Source: Azolla caroliniana
Lineage: Eukaryota > Plantae > Polypodiophyta
DNA length: 64,000 nt
Assembly (NCBI GenBank): GCA_043228905.1
Contig: JBHGNT010000016.1
Location: 558,001 to 622,000, forward strand
Reading direction: 5' to 3'
Part shown: positions 14,525 to 27,106 of the stretch, piece after piece
How positions within the stretch are numbered: the first letter of the stretch is position 1
Layout of the letters: each line of letters starts with the position of its first letter
Translations under genes and position numbers: made by a program
The notes under the pieces: model-generated
What the model was told of the DNA's origin: nothing
The model's input: only the letters and a program-made list of their open reading frames with translations
The model's database searches: none

Positions 14525-14833
14525 ACCGTTGATTTTCTTGTTCCAAAGCAAGGAACTTCTCTTTCAAGCATTGTAGCTTTGAGAAAATGGATTGATATTC
14601 TTGAGCGCTAACAATGGCCATAGTATGAGAGAAAAGAGGAATGAGAGATTAGTATGAAGGGAGGGAGAAGTAAGAAGATAAAGGAAGAGAAGGAAGGAGG
14701 GAAAAATCGGTTCAAGTTGTACGGAGCAGTACTAAGACAGAGAAGTATTGTAAGGAACAGTACTAAAACAAAGAAGGAATTAGTACTAAAAGATGAGGAT
14801 TAGTACTAAGGGAGGTGTAGAACTCTCGAGAGA

Positions 14834-14884
<51 letters not shown>

Positions 14885-15107
14885 GATAACAAAAGATATA
14901 TATTATGTTAAGGGAATATACAATAGTAGCTAGGAGGCTTAAGACTAATGTTGAACCAATTTGGTTCAAAATAATGCTTTGTGCCTCCTTTTATAGTGTT
15001 CCCAGGAGTACTCCTGAAGTTTCTAGAATGTTCTAGAGAAATCTGGAATATACATCAATTTTCTATAGTAAAACCTAAATGAAAATAATATCTTTTATAT
15101 TACAACA
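14525..15107 (-). mobile_element. Possible degraded LTR fragment
   Basis: Reads TGTTGTA... from 15107 on the minus strand, with a TATA-like TATAAAAGGAGGC near 14990 and a (GA)n tract at ~14836-14879. No TSD or partner LTR found. Confidence 0.3.
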
Positions 15108-15172
15108 TATAGTCTAATGGTCAAGAGCTTGACTCATGTTACATAAGGTCATGGGTTCGAGTCTCCTTATAT
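15108..15172 (+). other. Degenerate tRNA-like / SINE-head sequence
   Basis: A-box-like TAGTCTAATGG (15110-15120) and B-box GGTTCGAGTC (15154-15163) at tRNA-like spacing. No convincing cloverleaf. Confidence 0.35.
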
Positions 15173-15563
15173 CACGACATAAGGAAGGATGCTCACTTTC
15201 ACCAACTTCTATTAGTCTATGCATTGATGAATTAGAAAAAATGGTTACAAAGTTTATAAAGGAAGAGGTGTTGAAGAAGTTGCCATTATGAATGTAATCA
15301 TCATGCATTTGTTATATTGCAGATGTGTGGATATAGTGTTTTTCGCAAATACTTTAGGATATGTTACAAAAGCTTATGAATAAACATTATGTACAACAAT
15401 GCCCCAAATATATTGGCATTTAAGATCATAGATGGAACGAATGTGTTATTTGTTGCTTAGAGGTGGGAAAGAGAAGCATATTATGCTACCTGTTGATTAG
15501 AGAACACATGCAATCATCAAGAAATTAAGTGTTGGGTTCTCAAGAAATACATTTTCAACATTT

Positions 15564-16500
15564 ATGCATCATAAAGCAAGTGTGTTACATCTAATCTTAC
15601 AAACCATTTATCTGTATCCTGCATCCAACTAGAACACAATAATTTCTTTTTGTGTCTTTCGGATTTTTTTGTTGGCACCCATGCAATTCTAAGATGTTGA
15701 TGCGAGGACGTTTCTCCTGATCAGCATAAAATCGAGCACGATCTTGAGCTGTCTTGACATTTTCTTTGTTTGAACCTTAAGCATGTATTTGACAACCCTT
15801 TCTATGGCCATGATCTCAAAGAGAAGTTATCCCATCTCAAGCAGTAGGACGGTACATGACGTTCGTTACTTCACTTGGACAAAGTTTGTAAGAAAATGCT
15901 TTTGGACATTTTCAAATTCTTTCCAAGTAAATGTAGGATACTACCTCCCTATACTTCCATCCTAGAGAGAAGCATCATTATATTTGTCCGAAAATGAGGT
16001 CTTTGTACAATGCCAATGTATCATGATATGGGAAAAATTTGGAGTCTCACGCATCACACATTATACTAAATATGTTGCCCCTAACTACAAAACCCTACTC
16101 TTCGCTGAGTACGGAAACAACACACGTCGATACATGTTAGAGCCCATCTTGTTGTCTTACATCTGAATGACTGCTTCCATGAGACTTAGTTCACATGCAC
16201 TGTGATGTGAGACAAGGCGTTGGTGTACAAGTGATGAGAGCAGTCGATGATGCACACTTTGCCCGAAACAAGTTCGAGCTTCTGAGTTTCACACTTTGAT
16301 ACAATGTTGTGCCATTGAACACATTCGACTATGCTTTCCACACATCTTCGGGCAAACCCAATCTATGTACAAACTTCTCTCATTGTCACAATGTGTGCAC
16401 TCCTAATTACAATATTCATTGGTAAAGTATTTTAAATATCGAAAGTCCCTACTTTCTAGAACAAATGTATTATGTGGAGATGTAATATTTTTGGTCATAT
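15564..16500 (+). mobile_element. Decayed LINE 3' end with an inverted 5' segment (15564-~15971 on minus, ~15972-16500 on plus)
   Basis: Minus strand reads TWKEFENVQKHFLTNFVQVK*RTSCTVLLLEMG*LLFEIMAIERVVKYMLKVQ...WMQDTDKWF..HLLYDA. Plus strand continues ASLYLSENE...ASMRLSSHAL*CETRRW...CTLCPKQVRASEFHTLIQC, a LINE ORF2 C-terminal zinc-knuckle-type motif. Confidence 0.7.
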
Positions 16501-16515
16501 TTGAGCTCTAGAAGA

Positions 16516-16538
16516 CCCTAAACCCTAAACCTTAAACC
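16516..16538. repeat. Short plant telomeric repeat tract (CCCTAAA)~3
   Basis: CCCTAAACCCTAAACCTTAAACC immediately upstream of the Penelope-like RT fragment. Confidence 0.75.
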
Positions 16539-16549
16539 ATTTTCCTCTT

Positions 16550-17346
16550 CCCTTGTGGCGAGCCCTCGACAAGTTGCGGAGAAACCTAGACATTGTTATC
16601 ATGCAAGCAAATAAAAATCTAGGCCTTTATATCCTCGACAAAACATGGTATCTCAAAGAAGGGGCAAGACAATTGTCTGACCCAAATGTCTACTAGCAAG
16701 TAGACAAGGTTCCTATGGAAGACCTGTATTGGTGACCAACAGATATATGCAAAAATTTTGGGAATATTCTATCCTTGAATGAAACCAAGTTTCTGACAGA
16801 AAAACCTAGTAGTGGATTTATAGAGTATGCACACTCTATTTCCTACCAAAACTCCACAAACCAGTGGTAGTAGGTAGGCCTATCTGCTTCTATAAAGGTT
16901 TTATCTTCGAGCATGTATCCATTGGGTTACACCACAAGCTTTTTCCGATTCTTCTCCAACAAAAACAACACCTAATGGACTCATTGTCTCTCTTAAAAGA
17001 AGTTGACCGAGTTCGAATCCCTCCTGATACCATCCTCTTCACCTTTGATGTAAAATCGCTCTACCCAAGCATTCCCACCAAAGAAGGCCTTCAAACCTTG
17101 AAGAGTATGATCTTGGATGCATTTGACGCCAACACGTCAAACCTCATCATGACATTATCTGCCTTGGTGCTAGAATATCACTTTCTAGAATTCAATGCCA
17201 CATATTGGCATCAGATTAGGGGTATAGCCATGGGGAGTAATTTTGTTGTAGTATACGCTTGTCTTTTTCTGTGTTATATAGAGAACTTATAGGAACAAAC
17301 GTACAACCCCGAAGAGTTGATCTTCTACAAGAGGTACATAGATGAT
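16550..17346 (+). pseudogene. Penelope-like element (PLE) reverse transcriptase fragment, truncated at both ends
   Basis: Reads ALDKLRRNLDIVIMQANKNLGLYILDKTWYLKEGARQLSDPNVY*, then a frameshift near 16815, then LYFLPKLHKPVVVGRPI...FDVKSLYPSIP...QIRGIAMGS...YKRYIDD. These motifs are typical of PLE RTs. In-frame stops are present and homology ends right after YIDD. Confidence 0.85.
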
Positions 17347-19073
17347 CCTACCTACCTTGGCAACCCTACACTCATCTTTTGGTAATACAAGTCTGTTTTC
17401 AAAATTTTATGTCTCTTTTCTCCTTAATAGTGTGATTAATTTACTGATTCATAAATCTGAAGCCCTTAATTAGCATATTGGGCCATAATCTTGAATCTTA
17501 ATTAAACCACCACTATATCTCTCTCGATCCCTTTCTTTTCATTGGTTCCGCTCCCGCACACCAAATATAACCCTATAAAACCCAAAACCCTCATTTTGTG
17601 GTTCACAACATCAATTTTATTGAATGTTGATCATTTTGTTGTTTTTTGAATGTTTAGAACATAGTTTCAATGTGGTTTATGTAATTTCATCATGAAACAA
17701 TGAAATTTTTATGATCTAGATTTTGACCTCTATAAAACAAGTGCACTTAATAGAATGGCACACTTAAGTGGACACACACTTAACAGAATGGTTACTATAC
17801 TTGAACATACAACTAAAACTAGAGCATCACAAAAATATTACTAAATCAGGTCTTTCATTCTTCCATCTCAGCATGCACTCCTCATCCATTCAAGCTAAGA
17901 AAAACATTGCAATGATTAAATTGGTCTAAAGAAGATGTGGTGAACGACAAGACCACACCATGTGGTGTGGGCCACATCAATTGCCGCCCTCCCATGCACG
18001 CACACATCATATTGAAAACTTGGATCTGTCGAGACATTTTTTCCGAGCCTAAAATATGGCATCGATAAATGGTAATGTTGTACTATGTAAGGGTCGGGTG
18101 TGGTGGTGCCCACAACATTAGTCACCTGTAATGGTCGACGAATAGCTATTCATCGATGATTTCTGTTTTCAAATCCATTGGTGAGATTTCAGTTGCTAAA
18201 TGAAGGGTTCCCTTTTGTGGATCACAAACACTTCAAAAAGTTATAGAATGTGTGCTTAGAGATACATAAAGGAACAAAAGTGTTGGGACTACATTGAGTG
18301 AGTGGTACACATGCATGGAGTCACTTTATCCTCTTCCTAAAAAAAGTACAGACGGACAAATACTTTCAAACCCTACCATAAAATTAAATTATGGATTCCT
18401 CTCTCATGTCTCATGTGGATTGAGTGTGTGTGTGTGTGTGTGTTCTTCTTAGTAGTACATCCATCCTTAATGCTGATGATGAGAACAAGTGGGTAATTAT
18501 TGAGGAAATGTCCTCTTTGTCGCGCTCGATCTATATATGTACACTATAGTATGTTGTAGTTTGTATTTATAATGCAAATTTTGAGAGGAATATAAAAGAA
18601 AAAGGGCCTGAACTTTGAAGTAAAGGCTGACATACCAATGTTTTATTCTTTGGACGGGGGGTGAGGATGGACAGGCGGACCACCACCACCACTACCACCA
18701 TACAGACGATGGTCCAGAAAGAGAGAGAGAGAGAGTGTGTGTGTGTGTGTTTTCAAAGAGAATAAATTGGAATGCGTGTGTGAGAGACAAGAGTGGAATT
18801 TATTAATGTTTTCCTGGTCTTCATGCTTTTACTTTCTCCTCTCACCTGCTGCGCATCGTTCTCCAGAGAGAGAGAGAGAGAGAGAGAGCATAGAAATTTT
18901 GAAACGTTGAAGGGTGGATGGAGATAAGAAATGCCCTTGATTTTGAGAGACAGGGAGGTAGGGAGGGAGGGAGAGGATGTAGATGTGGGAAATTGAACCT
19001 CCGGGTAGGTGGTAAGCAGTGGTCAAGTGTATGATTGATCGTATGGGTGGTTCCTCATGTCATATGAATCATC

Positions 19074-19074
<1 letters not shown>

Positions 19075-19125
<51 letters not shown>
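19075..19125. repeat. (AGT)n microsatellite upstream of the HD-ZIP IV start codon
   Basis: About 16 copies of AGT, possibly inside a 5'UTR intron (donor-like GGTAAG near 19011, acceptor-like TTAG near 19159). Confidence 0.85.
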
Positions 19126-19166
19126 CAGTAATAATGATGATGATATAATGTTGCATTAGGCCATCC

Positions 19167-22100
19167 ATGGACACAACTGGCTCAGCAAATAACGATCAGG
19201 GATGTATTTTGGTACCCGAGTTGGTAAAGCTGGTGGCGGTGAAAGATGAGCCTGATCCTGAGGTGCAGGAGGTGAAGCTGATTCAGGACGGAACTGCTAC
19301 TAGTAGCATAGGGATCGTAAATAGAGAAGTGAAGGTCTCCCAAAAGATGAGTGGCACTGTCAAAACAGGTAGTTCGGGTGCAGATGAGCCATCACAGAAC
19401 GTAATAGATGATGAGGGTAACAGCTCCCGAAGAAGCATGGGGGATGATGATATTCATGGTGCCTCTGGAGACGATGATCAAGATCACGAACATGACTTTG
19501 ATGAACATGGATCCAAACGCCAGCGATGTCACCGCCATACGCCACAACAAATCTGTGAGCTCGAATCGTGAGTTAAATCGAACATGACTTTTTATGAGTT
19601 AAATCAGCGATGTAATTCGTTGTAAAGGTCATCTTTCGTTTTCTAGTGTGTTCAAACGATGCAACCTGCCCGATAAAAAGCTCCGGCAAGAGTTAAGCGA
19701 TGCACTTGGAATGAATGAAGAGCAAATCAAAGTCTGGTTCCAGAATAAGCGTATCCAGGTGAAGGTATGCATGGCTTCGTGCCATTGAATGTGAGTATTC
19801 TTGTATGTAGCTTCGTGGGACCATAAAAATTTATGGTTTTTTTTAAGGGAGTGGATTATGGGTCATGGCTTTCTTCATCAGGCCCTCCAAGAGCTTTCTG
19901 AAAATACACAGCTTAGAGCGAAGGTCAAGAGGATGAAAGCAGGGGATGTTACAATTGAGGATGCGGAAACCGTGACGCGCTGTTCCAGTTCACCCACTCA
20001 TGAGCCAGGCCCCAGCAGTTTGTATCAGCAAGATATCAATGAGTCGACAGAAAAAAAACATGCAGAAAGTGCAAGATTCAAAGAGGAGGTTAGATAGTCA
20101 ATGAAGATAATTTTTAAAAAATGTACTTACTTACTGCCGTGGATGGATAAAAGAATGACAGTGACTCATATCAGGCAGGGTATATAACTTCGTCATTTTT
20201 TCTTTCTTTTGTGCAGCTTGAGCGAGCATTGCCAAAGACGTTTGGTAGATCCTTGCCCATGACTAATTCTAGTGGTCCTCATCTGGCGATACCACTGGCG
20301 GCAGTTGCACCTGATGTGCTGTCTCTGGAGCTGGCTGTGGGAACGTACTCAGCTGCTCCCATGTCGGAAGTCGTTCATCATCTGCAACTGTTGCAGCATC
20401 GCGTGGGCAAGGACATCGAAGGACATGCTCAAACTAGAGGGAAATCAAAAGACATTCCAATTCCAGGATTGAACCAGCTAGTAGCCGGCATCAGTAGTCA
20501 GGAAACCGGACAAGTTCTACGAAGAACAGAACTAGAAAATGGTTTCGGGAGGAATTCTGAAGCAGGGTCCAGAGAAGATCGCGACGCTTCACAAGATGAG
20601 CATGACAATGGTTCTGGAAAGAACATGGAAGAAACTGGCTCTGGTGACGACCAAGAGTCTGAGGAAATGTGGAAGAAGAAACGGTATCAACGTCATACTG
20701 CTGAACAAATTCACCAGTTGGAACTGTAAGTGTGGGTGGTCTTGGTTGGAAATGATACTCTTAATTAATTACATGCATAATGCTAACCCACCTGATTTTC
20801 GTTGGTAGGTTCTTTAAGCAATGTGCTCATCCAGATCAAAGGCAGCGAGAGCGGCTAAGTGCTATGCTAGGCTTGAACATGCGGCAAGTGAAGTTCTGGT
20901 TCCAGAATCGTCGGAATCAGATGAAAGTAGGATACGTCGTATGAAATAAGGTATCAATTATGCGCCTTATTTGGATGACTAACCAGAGAAATTTACTGTA
21001 TTTCTGTTTGTATCATCAGAACCTGCAAGAACGGTATGACAACACACAGCTCAGAGCGGAGATTGATAGGTTGCGAGCTGAGAATGTTACAATACGGGAA
21101 ACAATCAAACAAAAATTAGCCTCCTGTAGTGAGTCTACGTTAATGCAACAGGAAGCAATCGATGACGAAATGAAAAGAGGAACAGTAAGCATGGGTGAGG
21201 AGGTACAGATAAGTGGCTGTCTGAAGTTTTGAGATAATTTTACAAACTTTGTACTATGATATTTCTTCAAACGTCCAAGTGACAAGGGCCCCGCCACATA
21301 TTAATAACAGATGGAGCATGCTGCTGCAGCACAAGCTGCTGCGAATGGTGGCCCACTGTGTGTGAACGTATTCCACGATTCTCTATCTCTGGAGCTGGCC
21401 GTGGGGAGGCGTCCCACCTTTCAAGACAACATGGTGACTGGAATTAAAAGGGAGGAGGAGCAGCAGCAGCAGCAGCAAAGGAATCCCCCACAAACATTGC
21501 TGGGTGTTGCGCTGAGCTGGCCAGGAGGCATCTCAGGGACTGACAAAGCTGCCGTCATGGATTTGGCGGACAGCGCTTTGCAGGAGATTCTCCTAATGGT
21601 TCAAGCTGAAGAGCCCTTGTGGATCAAGAGAGGGGTGGGTGATCAAGCTCTGGACACTGATGCTTACACGACGCGGTTCTCAGGCAGGATGGGGATGCAG
21701 ACACCAGGGCTAGTCACTGAGGCCAGCAGACACACTGGAGTTGCTACTATGAGCAGCCTGGTTCTTTTGGATGCCCTCATGGATGCGGTAGGTGGTTTAA
21801 TTATATGCTTTTGGCTAATGGTCTTTTTACATCGGATACCCTGCTGTTTCTTAATTCTTGTGCAAACACACCGTGTCTTGGCCAGAATAAATGGATGCTA
21901 ATGTTCCCAAGCATCATTTCCAAAGCTCTCACTATCAAAGTTGTTTCGCCAGGCACAGGTGTAACTCTTGATGGGGCTTTGCAGCTGGTAAGCGATCTTG
22001 TCAATTTCAATTTGAATTGTGCAAATATTGTACATAATCTAATTAATGCTCTTTCCAACCCTAGTACAGATGTATGCAGAACTCCAAGTTCTTTCTCCTC

Positions 22101-23632
22101 TCCTGCAAACACGAGAAATGTATTTTCTACGCTTTTGCAAGCATGTTGCTGATAAGCTGTGGGTCGTGGTAGATGTATCCATGGACTGTTTGAGTGATAA
22201 ACCTCCCCCATGCCTCCTCCAATGCCGGCGACGTCCCTCTGGTTGTGTGATTCGAGAGATGCTCAATGGACACTCTCAGGTATAGCGTCTTTTATTTTAC
22301 TTTCTTTTCATTCTGGTCCTTCTTTCTTGTAATGAACCCAGTCCCACTGATTGCCTGACAGGTTATCTGGTTGGAACATGTGGAAGTTAATCAGCACAGC
22401 TCGAGTCATGTTTACTTGCCCTTTCTCAGCAGTGGCTCGGCTTTTGGAGCCAAGAGATGGGTTTGTGCATTGCAACACTACTGTGAGGATATTGGCAGCC
22501 TGCTTGCTACAAACATGGCCACAACTCGTGATCTCGGAGGTACCAAGCTTGTCTTGCGTGTGTTATGGCTCACACAGTAACTCTGGTTAAGCTTTTGATT
22601 ATTTTAAAAATTTTGCAGTCATAAACACACTGGAAGGACGGCGTTCCACTCTTCGTCTTGCAAAGAAAATGGTCAATAGGTTTTGTTCGAACGTGAGTGC
22701 AGCTTCAAATGGGTCTTGGATTGATCTTCCACAAACCAATGGGAATGACATCCATTTTATGGTACGAGATAATGCAGGAGATGGCATTATCCTTTGTGCA
22801 GCAACATCAACTTGGCTCCCTTTCCCTCATCACCGAGTATTTGAGTTTCTGAGAAGTGAAAAGTACCGATCTCAGGTCAGTGATTAATGATACTTCTCTG
22901 CACACTTGTCTCTGGGTATGAGCATCTATTAAAGCATGCTTGATAGTTCTTTTCTATAGAGGAATGTGCTGGCGAATGGCAGTGCTCAGGAAATGAGCCA
23001 CATTGGCAAGGGCCAAAATCCTGGAAGCGGTGTCTCGCTTCTTCGTGTGAATGTAAGAGCATATTATCATTACCTTTACCTTGGATCGCCTTGCATTACT
23101 TAGTTGTCTTAGGGTTTAGGGCTTTGCATATTGATTGTGGTGTTTCAACTAACCCCTTATATTATATGTCGTTGTGTAGGGCCCAAGTCAAAGCAATATT
23201 CTCATCCTTCAAGAGAGTTGGATAGACGAATCTTGTTCACTCCTGGTATACATGCCAGTGGATTTCACAACGATCACGAGAGTGTTACGAGGTGAAGACC
23301 CATCAGATTTTCTTCTACTGCCTTCTGGTTTTGCGATTCTTCCTGATGGTCCATTAGAGAATCATGGAACGACCTCCATGCTGAACACTGATGGTGTTTC
23401 TGTGTCGAATATTGGGTTAAGAAAGTCGTCCAATACATTGCCCAGCAATTCCCTTCTAACAGTTTCATTTCAGACTGTTGTGAACCACATGTCCAAATCA
23501 CCCGGAAAACCATCTGTCAACCCAGTAAGCACTGTTCTATCAAGTACTATGGAGTCTATGGATACAGTCAGTAAGATTATCCTAAATACTCTGCAACATA
23601 TCAGGATGGACTTGGAAAGTTCAAACGCCTGA
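19167..23632 (+). CDS. Class IV HD-ZIP (GL2/ML1/HDG-family) transcription factor with two tandem homeodomain-zipper modules plus START and SAD domains; 13 exons, about 1101 aa
   Basis: All introns are GT-AG and the frame is consistent. Exons: 19167-19567, 19647-19764, 19882-20088, 20217-20725, 20809-20926, 21020-21202, 21311-21787, 21886-21987, 22070-22279, 22362-22539, 22619-22875, 22960-23052, 23180-23632 (3306 nt). HD1 is HRHTPQQI...[14 protein letters not shown] and HD2 is [10 protein letters not shown]...[19 protein letters not shown] motifs: [50 protein letters not shown] motifs: [26 protein letters not shown]. Confidence 0.9.
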
Positions 23633-23999
23633 TGTAACTTGCTGTCATACTGATGTCACAACTTTATAATTAATTGTATCACTATAGCAAACAGGTTATC
23701 ACATGCCTCGATATATTTTGTGAATGGGAATAAGTAGGAAAGAAATGGTCTATTGTTTGGAAACAATATACGTTACAGATTATCCACTGAGTTAACACTA
23801 CTAAGGTATGGGAGGCGGGTACTGAGGAGTACAAGGGTGTGAGTGCAGGTAGCTAGCTAGATTTCAAGAAGCACATAAATCTCTCTAGAAGGGCACTAAT
23901 TTCCTCCCTAGGGAATAAACTTAGTGCTGCAGGAGGGTACTCCAGATCCTCTCATTATATAATATGCAATAATGCATTCAAGGATGTAATTCAACCAAA

Positions 24000-24790
24000 T
24001 GACACTTATCAACTAATCTATTTCTCCGGCTCTACTTGACAGAATCTAGCGGCATTCCTCTTGTTTCCTGGTGTCAATATCTTGTTTATGGGAGGAATGT
24101 GCATCTGACTATCTACGTGTTTGAGCTCACGGGATGTATGAGTATCCATGTAGCTAGATTGTTATCCATGTAGCTAGGTTGTTGTATAAAGCCATCTGAC
24201 AAATCTTCTATGTGTATCATATGGATCGCTTAACCCCAACCTCTATGGCATGTCTCTATCCATCGGGTACATGAATATTCATGTCATTAAGTCTTAGGAT
24301 GAAACCATCTTCCCTGGTATGACGATGTTCTCAATAAAATATTCATCTCTTTATCCTCTTAGAGGAGTCTAAACATGTCTTGCTCATATAATATTGGATG
24401 AGATCCAATTGAGGTACCCAATCCATGGCAAGTTATTACCAAGAGACTCCTGAGACTTGGTGATTGTGGATTCCTCTAGTGATATCTAGGGAGTTTGTAC
24501 CCACTTGTAAACTGAGTTATAGTGGAAGTTCTGCTACCCTAAGGGTCCTGTGGTTTTCTCCTCGAGTTGGGGTTTCCAAGTAAAGCCTCGTGTATTTGGT
24601 TGCTATTATTTATTTTTTGTTGTATTGGCTATTACTTCTTGTCAGCGTGCCAATCAGATCGTGTCACTATTTGTGGACGGTGGTTGTTTGTTTGATTTAT
24701 TTGGACGGTGCTTAGCCTCTCCTTAGATTGGTGAAACTTATCTCGGGAGCTTAAGGGAAGTTCATTGAAGACTTCAAGTGTAGTCCAACA
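24000..24790 (+). mobile_element. Putative solo LTR
   Basis: TG...CA ends flanked by CCAAA at 23995-23999 and 24791-24795. Internal U5-like GTGGTTTTCTCC...GGGGTTTCCAAGTAAAGCCTCGTG resembles the copia LTRs in this window. The terminal inverted repeat is only TG/CA, so a chance match is possible. Confidence 0.45.
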
Positions 24791-26138
24791 CCAAATCTAA
24801 AATAGATGAGTCAAATCTAAGTGTCTGAAATTGAGGGCATTGGGCAAGAGCAATTGTCAAACAAACACTCGCGAGTAGCTAGCTTGGCGAACCTCTAACT
24901 TTGCAAACTCTCACTCTCTTCTCTCACAAAGACTATGTTAGTAAGAAGTTAACGAAAACACTTCAAAAGCTTAGGCATTAACTATTTCAAGATATGTATG
25001 TAAATAAATACTCATGATAATGCATTAACCATACCTCGATTACTAAATAGTCAAAACACATGATTTTTGTGTCTCTTTGAAGTGATTAACACCAATAACT
25101 AATTAATATGAAGGAGGAGAAAAAGGAAGATAGAGAGGTCAAGCTTAATTTCATAAACAACTTTTCGAAGTAAGGATCTAGAAGAAGCTAATAAGTCACA
25201 AAAAGGGACTTTTATAGCTTTTCTAAAGAGCTTGTCCCCTTTTACATTGGGGTGGCCTCTTGCTGAAAAGCTCTAGAGCAACTTTACTTTACTTCCCTTT
25301 TTTTTGTTCTTGTGTTAATCCTTGGTGTCTTAATCAGTGTTGATGTCTTTGTGGGTCGTGGGTTGTGTTATGTATGACAATCGCTTAACATTGTTGCACA
25401 TTCAAAACCTAATCCAACCTCCGAACACATTCAAATAACTTATGGGTTCCACTGACAACATAGTAACCATAAAAGATTTAGTAACTCGTGAGAATTTATC
25501 TTTTAATCCTCATTTGTTAGAAAAACATTTTGTTGCTCAAACCAAACATTAACGTTTTGTTCATACAAAGCATGTCAATATAATTTTGTATGAACCCTAC
25601 CTAAGCATGTCGTTGACATTGAAGACTTCTCAAAAGCCATAAAATGAAATTTTGTTAAGATTATTATTAAACATGTTTTGGAATTTTCTCTAAGTAATGA
25701 TTTCATTCATTCTTACCGAGAGAATTAAATAAGAAAAAACTTATTGTGCTCCAAATTTAAGAATAGCTTTATAATTGTTGTATGATGTTTCGGTTGTGAA
25801 ATTGAACTAAGAAGAGTTGAATAAAGTAAAAGTAATTTCTTCTGGTTCCAAATGACATGTACACCAATAAGAAAATGGCGGATAAAAAAAAAAGACAGAA
25901 ACATAAGTTCCAAGCCCAAGGAAATAATCACACAGGTCGCCTCTGATATATCATATAATACAACCCCAATAACGAAGGAAAGCCACCAAAAAATATATGA
26001 TGTCAACATTTGACAATGGTGATGAGGACGACAAGAGCAGGGAGGGTTTAGGGTTTAAGGTTCAGAGTTTTGGGTTTAGGGTTTTCGAGGAGGAGGAGGA
26101 GGAGGAGGAGGAGGGCATTGTTGTTAGCATTATTATAT

Positions 26139-27070
26139 TTAATGCAGCTGCTCGGCAGCAGGCTTGTCTTTTTTGGAGGAAAAGAGATGAGTGAGACCAT
26201 TGAACATGGTACCATTAATTTTGGAGGCTTTTCTGAAGCCAGGCGTAATATACATAACAGGGGTGACTCTAACAGCAGCTGCAGCAGAATAAGAGGTGGA
26301 CCTCTCAAGGGAGCGGCTAGTTAATACATGAGATCCATGATGCAGATATTCACACGCACCTATCCCGATCCCGCCGCTAGATGAATATGACGACGATGAT
26401 GATAATGATGCCGATGATCGCATCTGCCTATTACCATGATGAGCTACACCCCCAGGTTTTATCAGCGCCTGCTGATGATTCGACCTCCTCTTCAAAGGTT
26501 TGGGGCTGCTGTAGCTTCTGTCCAAACCCCTCACATGAACATGATGATGTTGAACATTAAAAGGCTGCTGTCTCGTGTCTACCGCTTTCTTATTCAAATT
26601 CTTATTCCTACTGTCAGCACCTCCGGAACTAGTAGTCGAACTATTATTACTCTCTGAAGTCTCAGCAGCTAGAAGTGTAGAGCTGCTACTAGAGCAGTTT
26701 ATAGCCTTCCCAGCGCCTGATGATCTGCTGTCCAGTGAAGTTCTTCCTTGGCTCGCCGAAAGTAGCCCCTCATCCCCTACATTACAGGTACTAGATGCTG
26801 TAGCACTTTTTGCAGCCCCGGGCCTCGTTACTCGCATCTGCTCGCATATACCTGGGCATCTAGCTCTAATAGATGTATTGATCATATTATTAGAGTTGCT
26901 GTTGTTATTTCTATGCTTAACAGAGGCCCCAATCCCTACTACATTAACTGTTTTCTGGACGTGATGTAACTCCATAGTATTCATCATGCCCTCTGAGTCA
27001 TCTGAGCTTTTGGATGACCTGCTTCCAGACATGTCCCAGCTGCTGCTGCTGCTGCTTCTGCTTTGAGCCG

Positions 27071-27106
<36 letters not shown>

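Noticed and set aside
26044-26084. TTTAGGG-like repeats (also at ~23109-23121 and 43650-43780)
   Set aside because: Short, degenerate telo-box-like motifs in UTR, intron or LTR context with no associated junction.
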